Source of the DNA: Octopus sinensis
Taxonomy: Eukaryota
DNA: 64,000 nucleotides
Assembly: GCF_006345805.1 (NCBI RefSeq)
Contig: NW_021833235.1
Location: 1 to 64,000, forward strand
Direction: 5' to 3'
Positions 1 through 13,257 of the stretch are shown here, in pieces. The position numbers and the translations under genes were made by a program. The number at the start of each line of letters is the position of its first letter. Within the stretch, counting starts at the first letter, position 1. Below the pieces are notes generated by a model. It was not told the DNA's origin and did not search any database. It was given only the letters and a program-made list of their open reading frames with translations.

Positions 1-512
1 ATGAGAATGATGGAACCAATATTGCAAGGTGTCTCATGTGGTGTTCTAATGATGCTTATTATTTTTCATCTTTTCCTTGTTTGTCAGTGGACTGTGCCCA
101 TGCTGGGGCACTGCCTTGAAAGGTTATTGTCGAACAAATCTACCCCAGTACTGTTTTCTTTTAAGCTGACGGTTCCTTTTGCTGAACCACTAAGTTACAA
201 GGATGTAAACAAACCAAAACTTAAGTTCTGAGTTCAAATTCCACCGAGGTCGACTTTGCCTTTCATCCTTTCGGGGTTGATTAAATAAGTACCAGTTACG
301 CACTGGGGTCGATATAATCGACTTAATCCATTTGTCTGTCCTTGTTTGCCCTCTCTGTGTTTAGCTCTTTGTGGGTAGTAAAGAAAAAAGTATTAGAGGG
401 GACACACAAACACACATGTCTACATACACTATAGGCTTCTTTCAGTTTCCAGCTCGCAAATCTGCTCCACAAGGCTTTGGCTGGCCCAAGGCTATAGAAA
501 AGAACTTGCTAT

Positions 513-2405
513 GCATCATCATCATCGTCGTTTAACGTCCGCTTTCCATGCTGGCATGAGTTGGACGGTTTGATTGAGGACTGGGCAGCCAGAAGGCTTC
601 ATCAGGCTCCAATCTGATATCGCAAAGTCTCTACAGCTGGATGCCCTTCCTAATGCCAACCACTCTGAGAATGTAGTAGGTGCTTTTATGTGCCACTGGC
701 ACGAGGGCCAGTCAGGCAATACTGGCAACGACCACACTCAAAAGTGTTTTTTACATGGTACCTGCACGGAAGCCAGTCTGGCCACACTGGCAATGACTAC
801 ACTTGAAATTTTTTTCATGTGCCAGTAAGGCAATGCTGGCAATGATCATGCTTGAATAGTACTTTTTATGCACCACTAGCCTGGGTGCCAGTCAGCAGCC
901 CTGGCAACAAACATGCTTGAATGGTGGTTTTAAGGTTCCACTGGCACGATTGCTAATCAGGCAGTACTGTCATCGGCCACATCATTGATTTTGATTTCAC
1001 TTGCCTCAATAGGTCTTTGCAAGCAAAGCTTATTGTCCAATGAATGAAGGGTACTCATAAGTGGGCTGGTTATACTCCACTGGCATAGGCCACGGGTTAT
1101 GATCTCACTTGGCTTGCCGGGTCTTCTCATACACAGCATGTCTCCAAAGTCCTCGGTCACTAGTCATTGCCTCGGTGAGTCCCAATGTTCAAAGGTTGTG
1201 CTTCACCACCTCATCCCAGGTCTTCCTGGGTCTACCTCTTCCACATGTTCCTTCAACTGCTAGGGTGTGACACTTTTTCACACAGCTTTCCTCATCCATT
1301 CGCAACACATGACCATACCAGTGCAGTCGTTGCTCTTGCACACCACATCTGATGCTTCTTAAGTCCAACTTTTCTCTCAGGGCACCTTCACTCTGTCGTG
1401 TATGCACACTGACATTACACATCCAGCGGAGCATACTGGCTTCATTCCTTGCAAGCTAATGCATGTTCTCAGCAGTCACGGCCCTTGTTTCACTGCCATG
1501 TAGCATGGCTGTTCATACACATGCATCATACAGTCTACATTTTACTGAGTGACAGGCCCTTTATCACCAGTAGAGGTAGGAGCTCTCTGAACTTTGTCCA
1601 GTCTATTTTTATTCTAGCAGCTACACTTTCAGAGCTATCAACTACTACTTGTTTTTCTCCCTGGAATGTGGCAGAAGTTGGTCTCTGCACATTTTCAGTG
1701 TTTATTCCTCCTGAGCATCTGCCACATACAAAAACTATCTTCCCAGTTAGCCTTCCTTTGACGTTGCTGCACCTCTTATGTTTCCATAGCTTACACCAGA
1801 TACAATTTATGGAGTTTCTACCTACGCCTTTTCTACAGATTGAGCAGGACCATCTACCTGAAGGGATTTGTGGTTTGTCTGCCGTCCTACTTATTAGGAC
1901 TTTGGTTTCAGCTAGTTTGACTCTAAGGCCCTTCGATTCTAATCCTTGCTTCCACACCTGAACCTTTTCCTCTAGTTCTGATAGTGACTCAGCAATTAGA
2001 GCAAGGTCATCAGCATAGAAAAGCTCCCAGGGTCATCCTGTTTTGAATTCCTCTCTTACCTGGAGGACTATGATGAATAAGTGGGGGCCAAGGATTGATC
2101 CTTGGTGGACCCCTACCCAGAATTCTTCACTGTACTCATTGCCAACCCTCACCTTACTGACAGCATCCCTGTACATGGCTTGCACAGCTCTCACTAACCA
2201 TTCATCTATCCGTAGTTTCCTCATTGACCACCAGATAAGGGATCAGGGGACTCTGTCAAAGGCTTTCTCCATGTCAACAAAATCCAGGTACAGAGGTTGA
2301 TTTTTGGCTAGGTATTTCTCTCGCAGCTGTTTTACCAGAAATATAGCATCAGTGGTGCTTTTCCCTGGCACAAACCCAAACTGCATCTCATCTAGACTGA
2401 CTCTC
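513..2405 (-). mobile_element. RTE-clade LINE, 5'-truncated and degenerate (RT domain plus 3' UTR with (GAT)n tail)
   Basis: Fragments QFGFVPGKSTTDAIF, FVDMEKAFDRVP, GVHQGS, YADDL, RLHWYGHVLRM...RGRPRKTWDEVV. (CAT)n tail on +. Confidence 0.9.
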
Positions 2406-2447
2406 GTGTTTGGGAAACAAGAATCTTGCCACACCTGTGCCTATATA

Positions 2448-3315
2448 CAGGGTGTGGTGAATAAACTGTTGTCTAAATTAGACAAAAATGAAAATAACAC
2501 TGACACCTCATTTTAACAGATATACTTACCAAAATTATGTAAAAATATCTTGAAATACTAAAGAGTAAATTTATTCAATAAAATCACCATTGGCTCCAAC
2601 CATAACCTCAAGACGTCTTCGGAATCTCTGGCAATCTCTGGATGTTCTCCTTGTTTAAGTTGGTGAATGCTGCCATAAACCTTGCCTTCAGTTCATCTTT
2701 TGTATTACAAGAAGTTTTGTTGGTCTCTCACTCGACTGCACCCCGCGCATAATAATCAAGGGGGTTGCAGTCTGGGGAGTTAGATGGCCAGATGTTAGAT
2801 GTGGTGTGGTTGCAGAAATTGTCTGACAGCCATGACTGGGGTCTCCTGGTTGTATGGCATGGTGCAGAGTCCTGTTGCCAGACATAGGGTCTTCCAGTAG
2901 CCAGCCTCTTGAGCCAGGGCAGCACTATCCCCTCCAGGCATTTGATGTAGGCCTCTGTGTTGAGTCTAAACCCATGTGGGAAGATGAATGGAGGCATAAT
3001 GTTGGCATCACTAGTGATCACTCCAAACACCATGATGTTGACTGGATGTTTGATTTTTATCAGTCACAGTACCTGTCCCGAGATTGCAGTGTCTTCAGAT
3101 TGACACCTGAACACTCTGAAATGTTTGTATTAGAGCTTCCTGCATGAATGTCAGGCAGTACAGCATGTCGTTTCCAAATATCTGGTGCTGGTTTTCTCAC
3201 AGACGGTGCCCAACTGACCCTACTATACTGTGTAGTCAACAAAATCAAAAACAAACAATGTGCATGCATGAAATTAAAAGTATAAAATGGCAATAATTTT
3301 ACCCACTGCACACTG
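2448..3315 (-). mobile_element. Tc1/mariner superfamily DD37D (maT-type) element, internally deleted
   Basis: WQQDSAPCH...WPSNSPDCNPLDY with 37 residues between the 2nd and 3rd Asp. TA-flanked imperfect TIRs (CAGGGTGTGGTG / CACTGCACACTG). Confidence 0.85.
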
Positions 3316-3641
3316 TATGTATATATATATTATATTATTATATATATATATATATGGGGTCATCCCTTAGATAATGCGGGTTTTTTATCCATTTACTTTT
3401 CAAAATTATGATAAAGTTCTTTTTTAATCTAAAATAATACTCTCCTTCATTTTCTACAATGCTCTTTCATCTATCTGGTAGATTTGCAAGGGCCCTCTTC
3501 TCAAAATTCACTGGTCTATAATGAAAAATACTCCTCTAGTACTGTTCTGACCTCATCTACAGAGTTTGTATTTTTTCCGCCCAAATGATTTTGAAGACTG
3601 CAGAATAAATGAAAATGCTGATTTGCAAAAATTCTTCTTTG

Positions 3642-3964
3642 CACTGATACAAGAATGTGAATGGGGGTTTTTGGTTTTTTTTTTTTATTTGATGTGGTGA
3701 AATCAATTTTCTGAACAGTTTTGCTCTATCACCTCTAGATTTTTGGCTTTACTCTCTCTCTCTCTCTCTTTTACTTGTTTCAGTCATTTGACTGCGTCCA
3801 TGCTGGAGCACCGCCTTTTAGTCGAGCAAATCGACCCCGGGACTTATTCTTTGTAAGCCCAGTACTTATTCTATCGGTCTCCTTTGCCGAACTGCTAAGT
3901 GACGGGGACGTAAACACACCAGCATCGGTTGTCAAGCAATGCTAGTGGGACAAACACTGACACA

Positions 3965-4032
<68 letters not shown>

Positions 4033-7000
4033 CATATATACGACAGGCTTCTTTCAGTTTCCATCTATTAAATCCACTCACAAGGCATTGGTCGGCCCGG
4101 GGCTATAGCAGAAGACACTTGCCCAAGATGCCACGCAGTGGGACTGAACCCGGAACCATGTGGTTGGTTAACAAGCTATTTACCACACAGCCACTCCTGC
4201 GCCTTTCATATGTCTCATTTTAATTATGCTGCATATAAATTCAAAATATGTTTATTTCATCCTTTACAAAGGTGTGTTACAGAGAAAAGAAAACAGCATA
4301 GATACAGAACATTGATGGAACTAAATTATTTGGAAAATCCAGTACACACAAATCATAGTACAGCAGACATTCATAAGTGAATTCTTTTGGACAATATATA
4401 TATATATATATATGGGGGTCATCCTTTAGATAATGCGGGTTTTTTATCCATTTACTTTTCAAAATTATGATAAAGTTCTTTTTTAATCTAAAATATACTC
4501 TCCTTCATTTTTTACAATGCTCTTTCATCTATCTGGTAGATTTGCAAGGGCCCTCTTCCCAAAATAAAGGGATCTTTATATGTAACTAGTATGTCTGGGA
4601 TGTCACGCAAGAGCATCCAGCAAAAGTCCCCCATGATGCTGAGGTTCCACTTACCTTGGTTGTTGCTCTCCATCTTAGTAATATTTTGGTAATACCTTTC
4701 CCCATGTTCACCACTCACTGCTCCGAGCTTTGGAGGGAAGAAGTTGAGGTGGAAGTGGAGAAAGTGAATTTTGAGTAATATTCGGCATCCCATATCCTCA
4801 TAAGACTGTAGCAACTTCTTGATACACTCTTGGTAATCTAGTACCCATGTGTTACTAAGGAAGCCATGGCAGACTGACTTAAATGCTTCCCATAATCTCA
4901 GTTTCTTTAAGGTAAGAAGCTCCTCAAAATCCTTATCCTTCAGCACCTCTAGGTTGATTCTAAGGCCCTTTGATTCAGGGCCATCTACCTGAAGGGATTT
5001 GTGGTTTGTCTGCCGTCCTCCTTATAAGGACTTTGGTTTCAGCTAGGTTGATTCTAAGGCCCTTTGATTCTAATCCTTGCTTCCACACCTGAACCTTTTC
5101 CTCTAGTTCTGATAGTGACTCCGCAATTAGAGCAAGGTCATCAGCATAGAAAAGCTCCCAGGGGCATCCTGTTTTGAATTCCTCTCTTACCAGGGGCTAT
5201 GATGAATAAGTGGGGTGCCGAGGATTGATCCTTGGTGGACCCCTACCAGAAACGAAGTTGCCCTCCTTGAGCTTAGAACTCCGAGCTGGGGAAAAGGTGC
5301 ACAAGTGTTGGAAGGCAGCACCATTTTTGACTATGGCCTTCATAAAGTTCTTCATTAAACCAAGCTTGACATGAAGAGTCGGAAGAAGCACCTTGTTTAT
5401 GTTCATCAGAGGATTCTCTTGGACACTGTGTTAACCAGGCATGAAAGTGCTCCTAGCTCCCCTGTCCTTCTGCTTGTAGTGCTTGGACACAGCCTGACTG
5501 TCCCAGAGACAGAGAAAGCAACAGTATCTTGTGAAGCTCACTTGCATACTCATATGGAGCCCAATAACCTTGAGGTCCCCACAGAGACTCTACTGCTACA
5601 GGTCTTACAACTCCTTCAGATGGACTGAGTAGGCAGTCGGAATGCTTGGGTATTTATTTCCATTGTGCAGGAGCACAGCCTTCAGACTTGGAAGAATCTA
5701 TGAAAAGACACCAGTCTGAGGAATTTTGTGGGGAAACGAAGGAAGGTGAACAAGCCAGAGACAGTTGTGCTGTAGCACAACCTGCTTTTCCTGTCAAAGA
5801 CCGAAGCAAAGTCCTGGTTCCATGTCCTGAAATTGATGATCCTTCTCTTCTAGTTCCTCAATAGTTACAATAGGATTTTGTTCCACCAGGGTTTTGCAGG
5901 ACGTCTTCATTGAGCTCTACAAATCTTCCATGACGAGGCTTGTCTTCTAGGCTGTAGTTTCCGGCTCGAAATTTCTGGAACCACTGTTGACACTGGTTTA
6001 CACTTATTATCCATATTCTACATTAATATTCCTCACACTTTCTGTTGCGTTGTTGCCTTTATTGAACTCATAAAGCAAAATATGCCAAATATACTCCTTT
6101 GTCACTTCCATTATAGCTTTGAAAAAATAACTTGACCAGGTTCCACTGCTTAACCCTTTTGTTACTAACCCGGCCGTAGCCGGCCGAAAAATTTTTTGGT
6201 TTATAATACCAACCCGGCCATACCCGGCCGTGAGAACCCATTGTTATTTAAATGTAAATTTGAACCCAAATCTCGTTGGTACATTCGTTAAAGCATGTGA
6301 TTTCACATTGTAAATAGTTAAGTTATAGTATCCGACATTGCTTGAAGTGATATCTCAACTCAGTGAATTTTGGGAGATTTTTTTCCACACGTTTTTCAGA
6401 ATCGATTTTTCTTCAACTTTGAAAATGGATAGGAGTTTCATGTTATCAAGCATTGATTCCGAATTTAAAGCTTTGTCAACGGAAAATAGGGAGATATTGA
6501 GAAAAAGAATGAAATAGGTACTAAAGCACGTGGTGTACAAAATAATGTCAGGGGCTCTGACTGTTGCTTAGATAGATTATGAGCAAGGTCATTTAGGTCT
6601 TCCTGCATAATCCAGTGGGACTCATTGCCATTTGCTCCTGAATAAACAGACAATTGTCTTCAGAAGAGATCAACTTGGCACAACCTTCCCCTGAAGGCAT
6701 TTCTTCATCTGATGAAGGAAGAAGATCCCTATTTCCTGGGGGTGTAGGGACAGGGAGATCATCTGAGTGGGAAACGGGTCTCATAGCTGAGGGAAGGTTG
6801 GGATACTTGATTTTTTTTTTCTAGAAGAAGCACTGAAACCTGTTATATTTGTTCAACAAAAATATAGACGTAGGAGTGGCTGTGTGGTAAGTAGCTTGCT
6901 TACCAACCACATAGTTCCAGGTTCAGTCCCACTGCGTGGCACCTTGGGCAAGTGTCTTTTACTATAGCTTCAAGCCGACCAAAGCCTTGTGAGTGGATTT

Positions 7001-7037
7001 GGTAGATGGAAACTGAAAGAAGCCCATCGTATGTATG

Positions 7038-7068
<31 letters not shown>

Positions 7069-7430
7069 ATTTGTCTCCCCCCCCCCAACATCGCTTGACA
7101 ACTGATGCTAGTGTGTTTAAGTTCCTGTAACTTAGCGGTTCGGCAAAAGAGACCGATAGAATAAGTACTAGGCTTATAAAGCATAAGTCCTGGAGTCAGT
7201 TTGCTCAACTAAAGGCGGTGCTCCAGCATGGCCACAGTCACATGACTGAAACAAGTAAAAGAGAGAGTAAAGAGTATATGTGTTTACATGAATTGTCGCA
7301 AAATCATTATGTATATTTCAATAACTAGAGGTGATGAATGAAAACTGGTCTTGTATCTGAAGTCAGCACCCCACAAATTAGGCTAGATCAACTATTTTTA
7401 TGCCTGCTTCAATTTCTCTGTAAACCAGTG
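3642..7430 (-). mobile_element. Chapaev3-like (CMC superfamily) DNA transposon, degenerate, with internal insertions
   Basis: CACTG...CAGTG termini and inverted subterminal atcacctctag/ctagaggtgat. Fragments YPNLPSAMRPVSHSDDLPVP, LHVKLGLMKNFMKA, LKIHFLH.HLNFFP.LGAVSGEHGER. Superfamily assigned from memory of these motifs. Confidence 0.7.
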
Positions 7431-7547
7431 TGATCAGATGGGGCAGCATCTGGCGAATATGGTGGGTGGGGTATCGTTCCCCATTCAAAATTGCTCCAGC
7501 CTTTGGAATGTCACCCTCACTGTATGCAGCTGAGCATTATCCTAAAG

Positions 7548-7766
7548 CAGTGGTTTTCAACCAGGGTTCCTCGGAACCTTAGGGTTCCACCAGTACAGTC
7601 CAAGGGTTCCGCAAGAAGTTACAAAACTGCTAAAATCGGCAGTAATTTTTAATTCTCCTGTGCAGATATGTATGCATAAGACTATTAAATTATTGCACAG
7701 GGGTTCCTTGAGCCAGTGGAGTGTTTCCTTGGGGTTCCGTTCCAGCAAAAAGTTTGAAAAGCACTG
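7548..7766. mobile_element. hAT (Charlie-like) MITE with 8-bp TSD tcctaaag
   Basis: TIRs CAGTGGTTTTCAA / TTGAAAAGCACTG. TSD at 7540-7547 and 7767-7774. Confidence 0.88.
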
Positions 7767-8953
7767 TCCTAAAGGAAGAACACCTTTCATCTTGAAACCA
7801 AAGATGGTTGTTTTTCTCCAAGTGCAGGAATTGGTGAATGGTTGAATGACCAAATCCAAGCTTCTCTTCTAGTTCCTCAATAGTTAGAATAGGATTTTGT
7901 TCCACCAGGGTTTGCAGGATGTCTTCATTGAGCTCTACAAATCTTCCATGACGAGGCTCGTCTTCTAGGCTGTAGTTTCCGGCCCAAAATTTCTGGTTTA
8001 CATTTATTATCCATATACTGCATTAATATTCCTCACACTTTCTGTTGCGTTGTTGCTTTTATTGAACTCATAGGCACAGGAGTGGCTGTGTGGTAAGTAG
8101 CTTGCTTACGAACCACATGGTCCGGATTTATTTCCCACTGCGTGGCACCTTGGGCAAATGTCTTCTACTATAGCCTCAGGCCGACCAAAGCCTTGTGAGT
8201 GGATTTGGTAGACGGAAACTGGAAGAAGCCCGTCGTATATATGTATGTATATGTATGTGTGTATATGTTTGTGTGTTTGTCCCTCCACCATTGCTTGACA
8301 ACCGATGCTGGTGTGTTTACGTCCCCGTAACTTAGCGGTTCAGCAAAAGAGACCGATAGAATAAGTACTCGGCTTACAAAGAATAAGTCCTGGGGTCGAT
8401 TTATTCGACTAAAAGGCGGTGCTCCAGCATGGCCGTAGTCAAATGACTGAAACAAGTAAAAGAATAAAAGAGTATACCTTAGTATTTCTTCCAAAATTCT
8501 ATACACTCTGGGAACGATATATTTTCACAGTTTATCCAGTACAACCCTTAAACAAGTAAATAGTATTTTCCTAAACAATAGATCTACTTATTTCGGTTAG
8601 TGACTTATTCACGAATATACCAACACGTGTGCCCCTGAGGGTAATATTCTGTGGAAACGCACAAAAGCCCTTTTCAGAGTTATTTACTTTCAATTACTCT
8701 TTTACTTGTTTCAGTCATTTGACTGTGGCCATGTTGTAGCACCGCCTTTAGTCGAGCAACTTGACCCCGGGACTTATTCTTTTTGTAAGCCCAGTACTTA
8801 TTCTATCGGCCTATTTTGCCAAACCGCTAAGTAACGGGGACATAAACACGCCAGAATCGGTTGTCAAGCAATGCTAGGGGGATAAACACACACACACAAA
8901 CATACACACACACACACACACACAAACATACACACACACACACACACACACAC

Positions 8954-8995
<42 letters not shown>

Positions 8996-9171
8996 TACAC
9001 ATATATACGACAGGCTTCTTTCAGTTTCCTTCTACCAAATCCACTCACAAGGCATTGGTCGGCCCGGGGCTATAGCAGAAGACACTTGCCCAAGATGCCA
9101 CGCAGTGGGACTGAACCCGGAACTATGTGGTTGGTAAGCAAGCTACTTACCACATACCCACTCCTACGCCT

Positions 9172-11033
9172 ATGTACATTATTTACATTATTATGTACAT
9201 TATTTACATTTGATGGATATTTGTCCTCATCTTGTTTGTAAGATTCACATGATGGTATTCCATTAAGACCTATACTTAGCTGTTGAGGTTCAGCATGTCA
9301 TCCACTGAGCCGCTTCCTTGTGGATATAATCAGTCCATTAGCAGGAAAGTCAACATCGTACGCGAAGAATTCCACCCACTTCAAAGGATTAACCAAGGTT
9401 ACCCCCATTGAATCCGACCAGATGGTGAGTCTAGCTGTGATAAGTCTTCACCAAAGTCTCAACTGGTGAAGCACTATCAGTGATACAAGAAAAACTAGTG
9501 ACAGACACCCATCTAAAAGAATGCACTAGTATACCAATAAGAAACTTGATGGAAATGTTGACCTGTGGAGAAACTACCTACTTCAGTATGGACACTGATA
9601 TATATCGACAAGAAGAGGGTTTAGCTATGGGTTCACCATTATCACCGATAATAGCCAATATATACATGGAATACTTTGAGAATTTGGCTTTAGGATCAAC
9701 ACCACTAAAACCAACCCTATGGCTGCGATATGTTGATGACACCTTTTTACTCTGGCCCCACCAGGAAGGTGTCCAAGTGCTATAGATCATGTGAACTCAA
9801 TAAAGCCATCCATACAGTTCACAATGGCAAAGGAAAAAGACAATCAACTAACATTCCTGGACGTATTAATAACGCGCATCAAGAATGGATTCAGGACATC
9901 CGTATACTGCAAGCCGACCTTCACTGGATGATACTTCAACTTCAATTCCTACCAACCATAGAGTGTAAAGAGAGGGATTGCTCAGTGTCTGAAACAGGGA
10001 TCAAAGAATATAAGTAGTGATCCTGATACACACAATCTATTAAGCAACAACTACCCCCAAAACATACTTATTTCTTTACTACCCACAAGGGGCTAAACAC
10101 AGAGAGGACAAACAAGGACAGACAAACGGACTAAGTTGATTACATAGACCCCAGTGCGTAACTGGTACTTATTTAATCGACCCCTAAAGGATGAAAGGCA
10201 AAGTTGACCGTGGCAGAATTTGAACTCAGGACGTAGCGGCAGACGAAATACTGCAAAGCATTTCGCCCGGCGTGCTAACATTTCTGCCAGCTCGCCGCCT
10301 TAACATACTACCCTCATACTACCCCCAAAACAACATACTATCCGCTCCAATTATGAAGAAAAGTGCAGATGAAACCAATAAACTGTCCACAGTGTGTCTA
10401 CCCTATGTAAAAGGCCTCTCCGAAAAAATATAAGAAAGATATGCGACCCATCCCATGCAGCTGTGGTAGGTTATACAAAGGCAAAACATGCTGCCCCTTC
10501 AAAATAAGGGTAGATGAACATCGCAAAGCTGTGACATGAGGAGATATTGATAAATCGGGTATAGCTGATCATGTATGGAAAAATGGAGACCACCTCCCCC
10601 AGTGGGATGAAGTTAAAGTAATAGCCAGAGAACACCACTAGAAAATACGAAAAGTAAAAGAAGCAGCACATATGCTAGGACACAACAACCTCCTAAGCAG
10701 ACCGAGTGCAGATATGAGCAGCATATGGGAACCAGTATTAAAGAAGGATAGGAAAATATTAGCTTTATAAGCCCTAAAATTCACTCCATAATTGCCCATG
10801 GGCATAAGGCTTAGTGGTTAAGAGTGCGAGCTACTAACACCAAGATTCCGAGTTTGATTCCAGGCAGTGACCTGAATAATAATAATAATAATATCGAAAA
10901 ATACCTAAGGAATGAGAACCCAGGTTCGAAATTTCCCCAAGACACCTGATGAAGGCTGGAGGGTATATCAGCTGAAATGTTGTGTTAACAACAAACAAAA
11001 TGAGGACAAATATCTGTGAAATGTAAATAATGT
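9172..11033 (+). mobile_element. Penelope-like retroelement (RT + GIY-YIG remnant) with inverted partial 5' pLTR and 3' pLTR
   Basis: GLAMGSPLSPIIANIYME, WLRYVDDTF, and GIY-YIG-type EHRKAV...KSGIADHVW...KVKEAAH. 9172-9238 is an inverted copy of about 10985-11033. A SINE is inserted at about 10068-10302. Confidence 0.85.
10941..10986 (+). ncRNA. Minimal type I hammerhead ribozyme motif in Penelope pLTR (CpG-decayed)
   Basis: gacac CTGATGA a ggctg-loop-cagct GAAA tgtt gtgtt. Confidence 0.65.
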
Positions 11034-11274
11034 AACAATTGCAGCATGGAAGGTGTTTGTAAGCCATTTAAGAAACACACAAAAGCCGTTCGATTCATTT
11101 CAACATTTCAGTTTAATTTGTCACGGATGCAGCACGAATTTTTGTCAGTGAACAGGTTGCGGTCTTAAAGCGACAAAAATATTTTGACAAATTAAACTTA
11201 GATGTTGAAGTGAGTCGAACGGCTTTTGTGTGTTTTTTAAATGGCTTACAAACACCTTCCACGCTGCAATTGTT
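11034..11274. repeat. Inverted repeat (about 90-bp arms) of a pLTR-like family, with a decayed G3:C8 hammerhead at 11141-11191
   Basis: Arms 11034-11123 and 11185-11274. Same family as 53653-53947. Confidence 0.8.
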
Positions 11275-11504
11275 TTCGATGCAGCACACGAGCTCAGAAC
11301 AGGTGACTTGCTATGCAAGTACATCACCGTAAATAATGTAAAAAATGTGTTAATCTTTGTAAGCCTAGTATTTTTTCTATTGGTCTCTTATGCTGAACCG
11401 CTATGTTATAGGGACATAAACTGACCAACATTGGTTATCAAGCGATGATGAGGGGATGAACGCAGACATAGAGACGCAAACCTATACACACACATCTATG
11501 CCTG

Positions 11505-11506
11505 TC

Positions 11507-11564
<58 letters not shown>

Positions 11565-11790
11565 ATATATAATATATATACATACATATACATACATATA
11601 CATATACATACATATACATATATATACATATATACACACATACATACATATATATATATATATACATAATACACACAACATACATATATATATATATATA
11701 TACATACATATATACACACACACATATATATATACACACACACACATATATTATATATATATATATACATATATACACACATACACACAT

Positions 11791-11824
<34 letters not shown>

Positions 11825-11825
11825 A
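11505..11825. repeat. Compound (TA)/(CA) microsatellite (similar tracts at 21852-22094, 47695-48150, 60995-61260)
   Basis: Direct inspection. Source of the IYIY/THTH pseudo-ORFs. Confidence 0.92.
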
Positions 11826-13221
11826 CAGGCTTCTTTCAGTTTCCGTCTACCAAATCCACTCACAAGGCTTTGATCGGCCCGAGGCTATAGTAGAAGACAC
11901 TTGCCCAAGGTGCCACGCAGTGGGACTGAACCCGGAACCATGTGGTTGGTAAGCAAGCTACTTACCACACAGCCACACATACACATACATGACAGGCTCT
12001 CAGTTCCTGTTTACCAAATCGACTCACAAGGCCTTGGTTGGCCTGAGGCTATTGTAGAAGACAGGTGGTCAAGTAGTGGAACTGTGGTTGGGAAGCAAGT
12101 TTCTAACAACATGACCACACCTATGCCTACACACACATACACACACACACACTCACACACATCTTATCTTTTACTTGTTTCAATCGTTAGTACTTATTCT
12201 ATTGATCTCTGAACTCTTAAGTTACTGGGATGTAAACACACCAACACCGATTGTCCAGCAGTGGTGGGGAACACACACACACACACACACACACATCGTC
12301 ATCATCATCATCGTTTAGCGTCCGCTTTCCATGCTAGCATGGGTTGGACGGTTCAACTGGGGTCTGGGAAGCCAGAAGGCTGCACCAGGCCCAGTCTGAT
12401 CTGGCAGTGTTGCTACAGCTGGATGCCCTTCCTAACGCCACACACAACAGGCTTTTTTCAATTTCCATCTAACAAATCCCAGTTTTTGGTTGACCTAAGG
12501 CTAATAACAGAAGACATTTTCCTAAGGTACCATACAGTGGTACCTTGGGAATCATGTGATTGGGAAGGAAGATTCTTACCACAACAGCCATATCTGCACC
12601 TATAAATACACATACACACATATGCAATGGGCTTCTTTCAGTTACCATATACAAAATCCACTCACAAGGCTCTGGTCAGCCCAAGGTTACAGTAGAAGGT
12701 GCCACATGGTGGGACTGAACCAGAAAGCCAATCTCAAGACACTGAGCCTTGTGAAGGAGATATCTAGCTCCTTGCTGTACTCAAGAAGACCTGTCTGTCA
12801 CAGCTGAGTTGATACTGGTGCTGGTATCACATTAAAAAGAAGGCGGCGAGCTGGCAGAAACGTTAGCACGCCGAGCGAAATGCTTAGCGGTATTTCGTCT
12901 GTGTTATGTTGCGAGTTCAAATTCCGCCGAGGTCGACTTTGCCTTTCATCCTTTCAGGGTCAATAAATTAAGTACCAGTTACGCACTGGGGTCGATGTAA
13001 TCGACTTAATACCTATGTCTGTCCTTGTTTGTCCCGTCTGTGTTTAGCCCCTTGAGGGTAATAAAGAAATAGGTATCACATTAAAAGCACCCAGTACACC
13101 ATGGAGTGGTTAGCATTAGGAAGGGAATCCAGCTGGAGAGACCATGCCAGAACAGACAAGGGAGTCTGGTGTGGTTCTATATATAGGGAGAGTTTACGAA
13201 AAAAACAAGAATAGCAAAAGT

Positions 13222-13257
13222 CTTTTACGTTTCGAGCCTACGCTCTTCTACATAAAG
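13222..13257 (-). ncRNA. Degenerate minimal hammerhead-like motif
   Basis: Minus strand cttt ATGTAGA a gagc gtag gctc GAAA cgta aaag. Stems are intact, the core is altered. Confidence 0.4.

Larger units (their letters stand above)
3356..8071 (-). mobile_element. mariner (DD34D-type) transposon remnant split into 3356-3617, 7432-7547 and 7767-8071 by nested insertions
   Basis: Minus-strand pieces read YEFNK.NNATESVRNIN, EQNPILTIEELEEKLGFGHSTI, PHPPYSPDAAPSD and HLFCSLQNHL. TIR ggggtcatccc after TA. Confidence 0.8.

Noticed and set aside
8585-8680. Hammerhead-like motif on the minus strand (also 55381-55410 and 56392)
   Set aside because: Core or stems too degenerate to support a call.
11438-11952. 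[12 protein letters not shown] ORFs (also at 47.7 kb and 61 kb) and recurrent [15 protein letters not shown] ORFs
   Set aside because: Translations of microsatellites and SINE-A.
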